A stretch of 64,000 nt of DNA from Oscillospiraceae bacterium (GCA_028720105.1 JAQYLI010000027.1:1184-65183); one strand, 5' to 3'; shown: positions 1 to 9,428, counted from the first letter of the stretch. Program-made: numbers and translations. Notes: generated by a model not told the origin, from the sequence alone.

Positions 1-2
1 TG

Positions 3-962
3 CAGGCTGCACGTGAGATAGACTATATCCCCAACGAAGCTGCCAGAAATCTGAAAAGCGGAAACACGGGGGGCAGGAAGATATATTACATTGATATCCT
101 GCTTACCCGTGTCATTTCCGAAGAAAACGACCCCTTTTTCAGCGAGTTACTGCGGCTTGCAGAGCTTGAAATAAGAAGAAACAACTGCATTGTATCAAAT
201 ATCAGGTACTGCGCTCAGCTTTCGGACGAAAAATACTGTTTGACCGAGGACGCCGAACGTGATATAAACGAGCTTTACAAAGACTCAGAGCGAAAAGCCG
301 ACGGGCTGATAATTATCGGAAAATGCTGCGCCAAGGCGCTTAAAGCTATTAAAAAGCACGAAAAGAATATTGTTTCCATAAACCGAAATTCCACCAATTA
401 CGAGGTGGACGAGGTTTTGTGCGACGGCAGAAAGATTGCCATTGCTGCCATAGACCAGCTTGTGAAATGCGGTCATACTAAAATCGGCTATGTGGGAAGC
501 TGCCACAATGAAGCACGTTTTTCGGGATATCAGGAGGCTATCTCCGGATATCGCCTTGAGTCGGACATCGACTACATTTTTGATACTACTCCCGACGAGG
601 CAAACGGCTACAAGGCTATGGAATATTTTCTGCGGCAGAGCAGTCCGCCTACGGGTATTTACTGCGCAAACGACATTCTTGCTATCGGAATGATAAAATG
701 CCTTAACAAGCGCAGGACGAGATATTACACCCCTGCTATCGTTTCATGCGACAATATTGCCGAGGGACAGTTTACAAAGCCTATGCTGACCACCGTTTCG
801 CTGCCAAAAGGGGAGATGGTGAGATTTGCCCTTATGCTTCTTCTTGACCGAATTGCAGGGGGACACAAGACCGCTTCAAGGCTTGAAATGGAGGGTACGC
901 TTATTGTCCGTGAAAGCTGCTTTCCGCTTTCAAAGTTCAACGAGCCAGAATATTACATATAA
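3..962 (+). CDS. LacI-family transcriptional regulator (5'-truncated by window edge)
   Basis: Frame is open from base 3 (QAAREIDYIPNEAARNLK, LacI hinge motif) into the listed ORF; C-terminal sugar-binding fold motifs GHTKIGY, CANDILAIG, LTTV, LIVRES. Confidence 0.9.
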   Translation, partial: QAAREIDYIPNEAARNLKSGNTGGRKIYYIDILLTRVISEENDPFFSELLRLAELEIRRNNCIVSNIRYCAQLSDEKYCLTEDAERDINELYKDSERKADGLIIIGKCCAKALKAIKKHEKNIVSINRNSTNYEVDEVLCDGRKIAIAAIDQLVKCGHTKIGYVGSCHNEARFSGYQEAISGYRLESDIDYIFDTTPDEANGYKAMEYFLRQSSPPTGIYCANDILAIGMIKCLNKRRTRYYTPAIVSCDNIAEGQFTKPMLTTVSLPKGEMVRFALMLLLDRIAGGHKTASRLEMEGTLIVRESCFPLSKFNEPEYYI

Positions 963-1021
963 TACTAATCTTCAACCAACCTATTGACAAAGGCAGCAGA
1001 TAGAACGATTAAAGATCAGTA
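963..1021. mobile_element. Internally deleted MITE (short copy of the 17195-17372 element)
   Basis: TA-CTAATCTT...AAAGATCAG-TA terminal inverted repeats; ends match the 17195-17372 element. Confidence 0.7.
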
Positions 1022-1028
1022 TAAAATT

Positions 1029-1060
1029 GCACCGCCGTCTCATTTCCGAAACGGCGGTGC
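1029..1060. terminator. Terminator hairpin between convergent genes
   Basis: GCACCGCCGT / ACGGCGGTGC stem. Confidence 0.7.
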
Positions 1061-1067
1061 TCTCATT

Positions 1068-2555
1068 TTACTTTATATCCTTCTTATTTACGGAAGCAAC
1101 GCAGAAGTCTATCTTTTCATCGCTGTCATCATCTCCTCCGCCGCCTGTCATACTTTTCTTGTTCGGGTCTACGCCATCTGTTACGGTTATCTTGCCGAGA
1201 CCTGCTCCCACTACTGAGCCGGGCACTCTGAATGTGGAAACATCTATTGGCTCAACGGAGATTTCCTCGGGCTTTGAAAGCTGGGGTATCCATTCGTAAG
1301 GCACACGGTATGCACGGTATATCATATTGTTGGTGAACTTGCCGAACATTTTGTTGAAGTAGGGATTGATGTATTCCCAGACTATCTCGTGGTCGGGGGT
1401 CACTTCTATGAGCCTGCCGTCAGATCCTTCGGTTATGAGGGTGTTGCCGTTGGGAAGCCTTTGTGCGGCGCTTATGTATGAACTGTAGAACTTGGAAGCG
1501 TCCGAGAAGAGGAAATGTCCTGCTTCAAGGGGAGTGTACTGCCAGGTTATCTCAAGGGTGACGGGGTTGAACTGCAGCACACGGGAATAATCTCTGTGGG
1601 CATTGTTCACGCCGTTTGCCGAGGCGGGATTGGGCACACAATAGCCTCCCTCTCCGCCGTTGTCGAACACAAGCAGGTCACCCTCTCCGGGAAGTCCCTT
1701 GGGAATCATATGGAGATGATGCTGACCGATTATCCAGCCAAGCTTTCTTGTAGCCTCGCTTTCATTGAAATCGGGTCCTATGCGCCATACGATCTTTCCC
1801 GTTTTCTTTTCGATAATGCCAAGAATATTGGAATTTCTCGCATCAAAAATGATATTGTCGGGATGAAAACGCTCATCTCCGCCGTCATACCATTTGTTTT
1901 TGCCGAGAGTTGCAAAATTATTGATATGCATCCAGTCGCCGCCTGCTTCGCCGTGAAGTCCCGGGTTCCTGTAAAGAGTGTTCTTTGCCGCTTCGTCAAA
2001 GCCAAGCTCGTCAAAATGGTCGCTGGCTCTCCAGCTCCAGAGGATATTTCCCTCCCAGTCTACCTCGATTATCTTATCGTCAATAAGTCTCTTATCGGTA
2101 ATGTTTCGGTTGTAGAGATTTTCGTGGGTAAGGATAAGGGTATTTCCTCCCTTTACCTTCGGTTCTCCGCCGGGGTAATAATAGCCCACTGTGGAGCCTT
2201 CACGCTGAAAATCGTGGTGCTGCCTTGCCATATAGACAGGCTCCTTGCCGGGGTCTGCCACAAGCTCTGTTTTATCGAATTTCCACACGATATGACCGTA
2301 CCAGTCCACCTGCACAAGGTCTATCTGGTACTGGAAGGAATTTTTTCCGCCCCTTGCGCCTGTGGTGCCCATTACATATCCGCCGGGAAGTATCTTGTTG
2401 GGAAAGCCGCCCAGACCTGCCAAGAGCTGTACCTCTCTGCCGTTCATATCTATAAGCAGCGCACCCTTTGCCGAGGGGAATATCGTGTAGCCGCCGTATG
2501 CCTTGTCTTTATTGTAAAGTGTTGTGCCTGTGGGGAAAATTGTAGGGTATCCCAT
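1068..2555 (-). CDS. Aryl-sulfate sulfotransferase (ASST) family protein
   Basis: PTGTT N-terminus, RQHHDFQREG, DWMHINN, GQHH, SAAQRLPNGNTLITEG; neighbours are thioredoxin and sulfur-ABC remnants. Confidence 0.85.
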   Translation of the reverse strand: MGYPTIFPTGTTLYNKDKAYGGYTIFPSAKGALLIDMNGREVQLLAGLGGFPNKILPGGYVMGTTGARGGKNSFQYQIDLVQVDWYGHIVWKFDKTELVADPGKEPVYMARQHHDFQREGSTVGYYYPGGEPKVKGGNTLILTHENLYNRNITDKRLIDDKIIEVDWEGNILWSWRASDHFDELGFDEAAKNTLYRNPGLHGEAGGDWMHINNFATLGKNKWYDGGDERFHPDNIIFDARNSNILGIIEKKTGKIVWRIGPDFNESEATRKLGWIIGQHHLHMIPKGLPGEGDLLVFDNGGEGGYCVPNPASANGVNNAHRDYSRVLQFNPVTLEITWQYTPLEAGHFLFSDASKFYSSYISAAQRLPNGNTLITEGSDGRLIEVTPDHEIVWEYINPYFNKMFGKFTNNMIYRAYRVPYEWIPQLSKPEEISVEPIDVSTFRVPGSVVGAGLGKITVTDGVDPNKKSMTGGGGDDDSDEKIDFCVASVNKKDIK

Positions 2556-2577
2556 TTTTTACCGCTCCTTTTCTATG

Positions 2578-3309
2578 TTACTTTGTAAGGGTGTTTTTGT
2601 CGGGGAATGCAGCGTCTATGGCAGAGGTGTCGTAAAAATCAACTACATTGTAATCCTCGGGGAATTTTCCGTGTTCAAATGCCCACTTTTCAATGGAATT
2701 AAGATAATCCGCACCGTCCTTGCTTGCGCCGATACCGAAGGTCTTAGCCGTCCAGTCGTTTTTGAAATTCTCCTCAACTACGCCGTATCTTGCGGCAAGC
2801 CTTGAAGCAGTGTCGTCAAGATTTGCATTTATGAAGTCGATGGTTTCCTGAGTTGCTTTCAGATAATTGCCCAGAAGCTCGCTGTTATTTTTGCTGAACT
2901 CCGATGTGGTGAGCAGATAGCTGCCTGTTTTAAGATCCCAGTCAGAAGCGTTTACAGCCAGCTTCCAGCCGTATTCCTCGTATTTGCTGCCGCTTGTGCC
3001 GAATGCCACAACTGCGGAAGCGTCGTTTTTCTGAGCTATTGCAAGGGTGGTGCTGTAATCGGCGTTTATAATGTTCTGCTTGCTTTCGTCGAGCCCCAGC
3101 TTTTCAATGGCAACGCTTGTGTAATAATCCGAGACTGTTCCCACCATTGAAATAAAGCCCTTGCTGCCGTCCAGCGCCGCTAAATTGTCCGCAAATTCGG
3201 GAGCAACGTAAAGTCCGCCGCTTAATATCTCGCTTGCACCAAGCTCGGAAAAGATAACAAGGTTCGTATCGTGAAGAGTATTGCCTATACGGTTTACGAG
3301 GGCGTAAGC
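2578..3309 (-). pseudogene. 5'-truncated ABC substrate-binding protein (SsuA/TauA/NitT-like)
   Basis: Frame stays open upstream of the listed ATG (3147) to 3309, then TAA; no signal peptide or RBS; C-terminal YLKA..ETIDFINANLDDTA pattern typical of sulfonate-type SBPs. Confidence 0.65.
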
Positions 3310-3395
3310 TTACCCTTTTCGATACCGAAGCTTACATCGTCCGACGCCTTGTAATTCCCGAAGGTCTTGTTTATGTGCTCACGTTCAATATACAT
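3294..3395 (-). pseudogene. cysA: N-terminal fragment of a sulfate ABC ATPase (CysA-like)
   Basis: GAGGAG RBS then MYIEREHINKTFGNYKASDDVSFGIEKGKL, ending TPS* just before the expected Walker A. Confidence 0.7.
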
Positions 3396-3439
3396 TTCTG
3401 AAATCTCCTCAAAAAATCTTCCACTGCTTTATAGCCGCT

Positions 3440-3751
3440 TTATCCTATTCTTGAGAGGGCGTCTGCAATAACAAGCTTGTGAGTGTAGCCTGTAAGCTTG
3501 TTTTTCAGCTCGCCGTCCTTGAAAAAGATAAGGGTGGGGAGTGCGGTAACATCAAAGCGTTCCGATAAAAGCTCCTCCTCGGCGGCGTTGCACCTTGCAA
3601 ATTGGGCGGTTATTTTGCTGTCCTGCTCAAGTTCCTTTATTCCTCCCTCCGTCCTTTTACAGTAGGTACAGGAGGGGGAGTAGAATTCCACCACAAGGCT
3701 GCCCCCCTGTGAAAGTATTTCATCAAAATTTTCTCTTGTAAGTTCGGTCAT
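3440..3751 (-). CDS. Thioredoxin family protein
   Basis: VEFYSPSCTYCK (CxxC) and LPTLIFFKDGE; start taken at ATG 3751 with AGGAG 9 nt upstream. Confidence 0.9.
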   Translation of the reverse strand: MTELTRENFDEILSQGGSLVVEFYSPSCTYCKRTEGGIKELEQDSKITAQFARCNAAEEELLSERFDVTALPTLIFFKDGELKNKLTGYTHKLVIADALSRIG

Positions 3752-3871
3752 AATGTTCATCTCCTGTGAATTTGATAATGAAGAGTCAATCATATAATTC
3801 ATATATGTTTAATAGATTTTTAACTCTGGTTATATTATATCCTGCCCTTGGGAAAAAATCAATGTCAAAAG

Positions 3872-4080
3872 GTGATAACGTTGTCACGGCGATTTTAAAG
3901 TTTGGGAGCGATCGCGGAAAAAATAGGGAAATGCGGCAGATGTTTCGGAAAATTTCATCATACAATATGAAAACTAAGATAACGTTATCACTGTTATATA
4001 TTGGGAAAATTTGGGGATAAGGTTGGAATTTGATGTATAAATTCGGGGGGAATAACGCTTTCTTATGACAACGTTGTCAC
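3872..4080. promoter_or_regulatory. Three LacI-type palindromic operators (TGAYAACGTTRTCA)
   Basis: GTGATAACGTTGTCAC 3872-3887, GATAACGTTATC 3978-3989, TGACAACGTTGTCA 4066-4079. Confidence 0.65.
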
Positions 4081-4145
4081 GCGAGGATAAAAAAATCTTT
4101 CCCCGAATGACGGGGAAAGACCGTTTATTGCGTTGATTTTTAGTA

Positions 4146-4583
4146 TTACATATCATCTTCCGACTGTATTTTCCTTATTCCCCGATTGATACTCTCAGCG
4201 CAGCGCAGGTCGTTTATGTACATAACCAGATTTACCGCGATATCAATAATGAGAATGGTAACAGCCAGAGAAATTGTCACGGAGACGCTTTTCAGCGCGC
4301 CTGTGAGGAAAAGTATACCGTTTATGGTCAGTTCAAGCAGCAGCAGGTGGAGAAGCTTGCGCAGCATCATCTCTCTCATTGTCAGCTCGTGCCTTGAAAA
4401 CATTACCAGCGAGGGCAGGGACGCCGCCAGCCCGAAAAGAATGGGAGCCAGAAATCCGGCATAAGAAAATCTTGTCTCAGGCTCAAACACGCTGCCCACC
4501 GCCGCTATTCCTATGCATATAAAGGTAACGGAAATAAAGAAGCTGTTCATTACGTTTTTTATCAGAAATTCCTTGAAACTCAT
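4146..4583 (-). CDS. DUF3021-like membrane protein (putative LytTR inhibitor)
   Basis: Four hydrophobic segments, A..IN..I C-terminal motif, translationally coupled to the LytTR gene. Confidence 0.7.
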   Translation of the reverse strand: MSFKEFLIKNVMNSFFISVTFICIGIAAVGSVFEPETRFSYAGFLAPILFGLAASLPSLVMFSRHELTMREMMLRKLLHLLLLELTINGILFLTGALKSVSVTISLAVTILIIDIAVNLVMYINDLRCAESINRGIRKIQSEDDM

Positions 4584-5017
4584 TTCAGCACCGCCTTTTT
4601 AAGCGCAGGAACATACTGCCTTGAAATAATTACCCTTTCTCCGTTTTTCATATGGGCGGTAAACCGTCCGTTGAGAGCAGGGCTCACGCTTTCTATCTTC
4701 ATCAGATTTATTACCGTGGATTTGGAGCAGCGCAGAAAGGAGCTTTCCGACAGCTTGCGCTCTATCTCGTAAAGCCGTCCCTTGACTTCAAAGACCTTGC
4801 TTTCGCAGTAGGCGAAAATCCGCTCGTCTACCGCTTCAAAGTAGAAAATATCTCCGATATTTACGCTGTAGAGCCGTCCGTCAATGCTGCCGCTAAGAGT
4901 CTGCCCCGAACCTTCCGCAAAGAGGCGGATACGCTCCACCTCTTCCGTGACCTCAAAGCACTCGATTATTACCTGTTCCTTTTCTTTTCCGTCCACAGTT
5001 CTGACGATTACGTTCAT
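4580..5017 (-). CDS. LytTR DNA-binding domain protein (no receiver domain)
   Basis: DIFYFEAVD, LYEIE, FLRCSKSTVINL, ISRQYV. Confidence 0.9.
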   Translation of the reverse strand: MNVIVRTVDGKEKEQVIIECFEVTEEVERIRLFAEGSGQTLSGSIDGRLYSVNIGDIFYFEAVDERIFAYCESKVFEVKGRLYEIERKLSESSFLRCSKSTVINLMKIESVSPALNGRFTAHMKNGERVIISRQYVPALKKAVLK

Positions 5018-5020
5018 ATT

Positions 5021-6334
5021 TCAGTATTCCTTTTCAATTTCAGGCTTCTCTTTGCCCTTTAAGGCGTAGTCAAAGAAATCCCCCGTAAGCTTGTTCATTG
5101 TGTTAATGCAGTACAGGCTGTCGATATCTCCCGTTCCCATATTTCCCAGAGCCTTTCCAAGCATAGGGGAGAAAAGGGGGAGGTCGGTGAAGTTAAGATG
5201 TCCCGAGTCTTTAAAGTATGTGGATACTACGTTTTCGGAGATCTGTGCGGTGTGAAAATTCACATATTCTTTCAATTTGTTTTCGCTTTTGTACTCGTTG
5301 ACCAGGTCATAAAGATACTGGCTGTAAATATCCAGCATAGGTACGGGGAAGGGCTCGTCGGTATATACGGTGCCGCCGTTTTCAAAGGCTATCTCGTCCC
5401 CTAAAAGCGTGCCGTCAAGATTTATAACGGCGGAAATGTCGCTTCTGTTCCTTGCGGTCTGTGCGGCTGCCGCTCCGCCTAAGGAGTGACCGAAAAGTCC
5501 TATTTTCGTGGTGTCCGTATTTACGAAAATGGGGTCACCGCTCTGGGAAAGCCCGATAATGGTGTTAAGCGCAAAGTCTATATCCTTTACCCTCAGGTCA
5601 AGCCATTCCCTGTTGTCGGTATATTCCTTTTCGGGGTTGTCTGTGGCGTTATGCTCCATTACGGTGTTTATAAAATTCATATCCGCTATGGTCACATTTC
5701 CCTCCGTATCGGCGGTGAAAAGTGCGTGATAGGTGTGGTCTATGCCTGCTACCGTATAGCCCCGTGAAGCAAGCTCAGTGCAGGTGGAGTAGTTTGAGCC
5801 TGAAAATCCGAATGCTCCGTGGGAAAAGATTATCAGCGGAATTTTTTCGGAGCAGTTTTCGGGATACCATACACAGACGGTTATTTTGCGCTTTCCCCCT
5901 GTGTCGGTGAAGGTCTCGGTGCGGTTTTCGTCTGTCCAGGTGTATTTTGTTTCAAGCACATTGTACTGTCCCGTAGGCTCTGGTTCAGTAAACTGCGGGC
6001 AGATTATGGCGAGCATAAGGGCGGTGGTGTAGAGAATTGTTTTGCCCACAAATTTTCCTACAGACTTGCCGATGACCCTGCCAAAAGCTTCGGTCTTATC
6101 CTGCTTAATGAGCCTTATTACGGCAATTATCGACTGCAAAGCCAGCGCAAAGCCTAAAATATAATATCTGAAGCCCCACTCGATAACCCCCGTAAGGCAG
6201 AGCGTTACGAATATCAGGAATATGGCAATAGCGCTTACCGCCTTTTCTTTTCGGTGAAGATCGCCCTCTGCAATGTTCCAGATCATAAATGCCAGCTCTG
6301 TAAGTATCAGAGCCGTAAGAATTATCATACCCAT
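5021..6334 (-). CDS. Membrane-anchored alpha/beta hydrolase (PAF-acetylhydrolase-like)
   Basis: N-terminal TM helices, PLIIFSHG, GHSLGG nucleophile elbow, NLDG, HLNFTD; start ATG 6334 after an AGGA RBS. Confidence 0.85.
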   Translation of the reverse strand: MGMIILTALILTELAFMIWNIAEGDLHRKEKAVSAIAIFLIFVTLCLTGVIEWGFRYYILGFALALQSIIAVIRLIKQDKTEAFGRVIGKSVGKFVGKTILYTTALMLAIICPQFTEPEPTGQYNVLETKYTWTDENRTETFTDTGGKRKITVCVWYPENCSEKIPLIIFSHGAFGFSGSNYSTCTELASRGYTVAGIDHTYHALFTADTEGNVTIADMNFINTVMEHNATDNPEKEYTDNREWLDLRVKDIDFALNTIIGLSQSGDPIFVNTDTTKIGLFGHSLGGAAAAQTARNRSDISAVINLDGTLLGDEIAFENGGTVYTDEPFPVPMLDIYSQYLYDLVNEYKSENKLKEYVNFHTAQISENVVSTYFKDSGHLNFTDLPLFSPMLGKALGNMGTGDIDSLYCINTMNKLTGDFFDYALKGKEKPEIEKEY

Positions 6335-6433
6335 ATTATCCTCTTCCTTTCTGATGATAATATAAGTATAATTTATCAAGGGGCTGATTTCAACGATTTT
6401 CAGACAAGCTGCATTTTTTTGCGGTGAGATGCA

Positions 6434-7591
6434 TTACAGTGCTGCGATCTCCTCTGCCAGAGCTCCTGTCTGAGCGATATTTTCGGCATTTATGGCAGAG
6501 TTTATTTTAATGATATTTTCCGATATAACAACGTCCTTGCAGCCCTCGAAAAGCTTTTTCATAGCGTTTGCCGCCATCGGTGCCCAGGAGCCGTTTTCTA
6601 TGAGATATACCTGCCTGCTCTTGTAGCCATGGTCGGCAAGGTCGGTGATGAAGTCTCTCATAAAGGGGAAAACCCCGCCGTTATAGGTGGTGGAGGCGCA
6701 GACCAGCTTCTTGTATTTGAACGCCATAGAAAGAGCTTCGGCTCTGTCGCAGCGTGCCAGATCCATTGATATTACGGGGCAGCCCTTTGCGGAAAGCTTT
6801 TCTTCCAGCATAAGTGCCGCTTTTCTTGTGTTTCCGTAAACCGAGGTGTATGCGATGAGAACGCCGTCGGTCTCAGGCTCGTATGCCGCCCATTTGGTGT
6901 AAAGCTCAAGATAATGGGAGATATTCTCCGAAAGAACGGGGCCGTGAAGGGGGCATATCACAGCGATATCAAGCTTTGCAGCCTTCTTGAGAACGCCCGA
7001 TACAGGCATACCGAACTTGCCCACGATGCCGAAATAATATCTTCTCGCTTCGTTTTCCCACTCCTCATCATTGCTGTCAAGAGTGCCGAATTTGCCGAAA
7101 GCGTCAGCGGAAAACAGAACCTTGTCAAGGTTGTCATAGCTCATAATAACCTCGGGCCAGTGCACCATAGGAGCGGTGATGAATGTCAGCGTGTGCTTTC
7201 CGAGAGAAAGGGTATCGTTCTCGCCCACAACAATTCTTCTGTCGGCATAGTCGGTGCCGAAGAAGTTCTTCATCATTCCGAAGGCTTTTTGAGATGACAC
7301 AATGACCGCCTCGGGGTAACGCTCCATAAAAACGGCGATATTAGCTGAATGATCGGGCTCCATATGGTGGACTACAAGGTAATCGGGCTTTCGTCCAGAG
7401 AGAGCGGCTTCAAGGTTTTCGAGCCACTGCGCCGTAAATCCGCCGTCAACGGTGTCCATTACCGCAGTTTTTTCGTCTTCAATAAGGTAAGAATTGTAGG
7501 ACATTCCCTTGGGAATGCTGTACTGTCCCTCAAAAAGTGAATTTATGTGGTCGTTCACACCTATGTATTTTATATCATTTGATATCTGCAT
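6434..7591 (-). CDS. fprA: Flavodiiron protein (FprA / A-type flavoprotein)
   Basis: HMEPDHS, HWPE, SADAFG, CPLHGP, flavodoxin-like SVYGNT. Confidence 0.92.
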   Translation of the reverse strand: MQISNDIKYIGVNDHINSLFEGQYSIPKGMSYNSYLIEDEKTAVMDTVDGGFTAQWLENLEAALSGRKPDYLVVHHMEPDHSANIAVFMERYPEAVIVSSQKAFGMMKNFFGTDYADRRIVVGENDTLSLGKHTLTFITAPMVHWPEVIMSYDNLDKVLFSADAFGKFGTLDSNDEEWENEARRYYFGIVGKFGMPVSGVLKKAAKLDIAVICPLHGPVLSENISHYLELYTKWAAYEPETDGVLIAYTSVYGNTRKAALMLEEKLSAKGCPVISMDLARCDRAEALSMAFKYKKLVCASTTYNGGVFPFMRDFITDLADHGYKSRQVYLIENGSWAPMAANAMKKLFEGCKDVVISENIIKINSAINAENIAQTGALAEEIAAL

Positions 7592-7710
7592 ACAGTATCA
7601 TCCTTTCGATAATTTTTCTTCTATGATAATTATGCCACATAAGCGGTACAATGTCAAGAAAAAACGGGTATCATACCTTAGTATGATACCCGAAAAATTA
7701 TTTAGTTAAA

Positions 7711-9162
7711 TTACTGAACGGACTTGAGAGCGTCGTCAGCTTCCTGAACGAGCATATCAACAACAGCGGAAATTTCCTCTCTGTTGGTAGCCCACTCTAC
7801 GCCGTGGAGAGCTGCTCTCAGACCGATATTGTCGCCGCCGTCGGTGGTGAGGGAAGCAACATCGGTAGAAATGCCTGTAGCAAGGTCAACAACAGGGTAC
7901 TGACGAGCCAGGTCGTTAATCTCCTTGTTGATAGCGATAAGCTCTTCGGACCACTGGTAGTCAGCCATAGCCTTAGCGTCTGCAATAGCTATAGCCTCGT
8001 CACTTGTATTTGCAAGACGTGTGCAGTCTGCGAAGAGACCTACGCCCTGAGGGTTAGCTGCGCCCTTGCAGAGTACCCAGCCGTCAAGAGTAGCGCCCTG
8101 ATAAGGATCGGAACCTGCGGGAGAGGGAACGGGAGCAAGACCGAGATTTTCGGGAGCAATTCCTGTAGCCCAGGTATCGGGGTTAGACTGTACGTGCCAA
8201 GCGCCTACGATGTAGAAGAGCTCTCTACCCTCGCCCATAAATGCAGGCTGTTCAGCCCAGTCAAAGAGGGATCTGTCCATAACGAGACCCTTGTTGTAAA
8301 GGTCATACATCCAGTTCATAGCCTTTTCAACTGTGGAATCCATAAGGTTTGTTTTAAGAGAACCGTTTTCGGAGGTAACGGAGGGAACGCCTGCGGAGAG
8401 GAACAGAGCCTTTTCAGCCCAGTATCCGTCGAGACCCCACTGGTCGGCGTCGGGGTCGCAGAACTGTTCAAGCATAGATGTAAATGTATCCCAGTTCCAC
8501 TCGCCTGCCTGATAAAGCTCCCAGGGATCGTCAAAACCGTTTTCTTCGATGGTCTGCTTGTTGTAGATAACAACAGCCTCGGCAGAAACGGAGTTTACGA
8601 ACTCATAGTGCTTGCCGTTGAAGTTATAGATCTCCATAGCGTCCTTAACGTCAGTCCAGAGCTCGGAATCCATATCAATGTAATCGTCGATAGGCTGGAA
8701 CATTCCGTTGATAACGCCCTTGGGAAGAGCTGCGGTATCGCAGGGGAAGAAGTCAACGCCGTCGCCGCCCAGAACGTGGGTCGAGAGGTCGGAATATCTT
8801 GTATCCCAGGTGGTGGGGATATATTCAATGTTACCGCCGTACTTGCTCTTAAAGAGAGTGATGTTAACTGCCTCGGAATCACCCTTGGAAGTAGAGGGAT
8901 TGATGTCGTAGTGAGCGAGCCACTTGATGGTCTTGTTCTCAAGCTCAACATCGCGGAGCTTTTCGTTAGCCAGCTCGTCGAGAGTCTTCTGATCCTCTTC
9001 GGCATATGTAGCGGTGTTAAGCTCAACGGTAGCTGCAGTTGTGGTGGTTACGGTAGCTTCGCTGGTAGATGTGCTGTCCTCTGAGCCGCCGCCGCAGGCG
9101 GTAAGACCCAGAGTGAATGTCAGGGCAGAAATACCTGCAATTGTTTTCTTAAAATTCTTCAT
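7711..9162 (-). CDS. Carbohydrate ABC transporter substrate-binding lipoprotein
   Basis: Lipobox LTAC, Thr/Ser linker, YNK..E..G..DPWELY..GEWNWD motif. Confidence 0.85.
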   Translation of the reverse strand: MKNFKKTIAGISALTFTLGLTACGGGSEDSTSTSEATVTTTTAATVELNTATYAEEDQKTLDELANEKLRDVELENKTIKWLAHYDINPSTSKGDSEAVNITLFKSKYGGNIEYIPTTWDTRYSDLSTHVLGGDGVDFFPCDTAALPKGVINGMFQPIDDYIDMDSELWTDVKDAMEIYNFNGKHYEFVNSVSAEAVVIYNKQTIEENGFDDPWELYQAGEWNWDTFTSMLEQFCDPDADQWGLDGYWAEKALFLSAGVPSVTSENGSLKTNLMDSTVEKAMNWMYDLYNKGLVMDRSLFDWAEQPAFMGEGRELFYIVGAWHVQSNPDTWATGIAPENLGLAPVPSPAGSDPYQGATLDGWVLCKGAANPQGVGLFADCTRLANTSDEAIAIADAKAMADYQWSEELIAINKEINDLARQYPVVDLATGISTDVASLTTDGGDNIGLRAALHGVEWATNREEISAVVDMLVQEADDALKSVQ

Positions 9163-9384
9163 ATTGACCTCCTAAATATTGCGGAAGCTTTCCGTCTGCT
9201 GCAAAGGCGGAAAGCGTTTCCCTGTATGTGTATTTCACGCATACATATTATAATAATTGCAATATAATTTTATCATTTTTTGCTTTTACTGTCAATGGTG
9301 TTTATATAAATATTTTAAGTTCCACTTTGTGCATTTTCAATAGTTAAACGTATTCGTAAATGTAGAAATTCCCGATAAAACGGA

Positions 9385-9420
9385 AAAAACGGCAAAGCCC
9401 GAAGGCTCTGCCGTTTAAAA
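9385..9420 (-). terminator. Rho-independent terminator after ispH-rpsA
   Basis: On minus strand AAACGGCAGAGCC-TTCG-GGCTTTGCCGTTTTTT. Confidence 0.75.
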
Positions 9421-9428
9421 TCTTCTGA

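Noticed and set aside
1515-2588. 357-aa plus-strand ORF
   Set aside because: Antisense shadow of ASST; no RBS or recognisable motifs
7804-9084. 426-aa plus-strand ORF
   Set aside because: Antisense shadow caused by the strong codon bias of the SBP gene
9385-9420. GGCAAAGCC resembling a c-di-GMP-I riboswitch element
   Set aside because: Fully explained as the ispH-rpsA terminator; the second aptamer stem is absent
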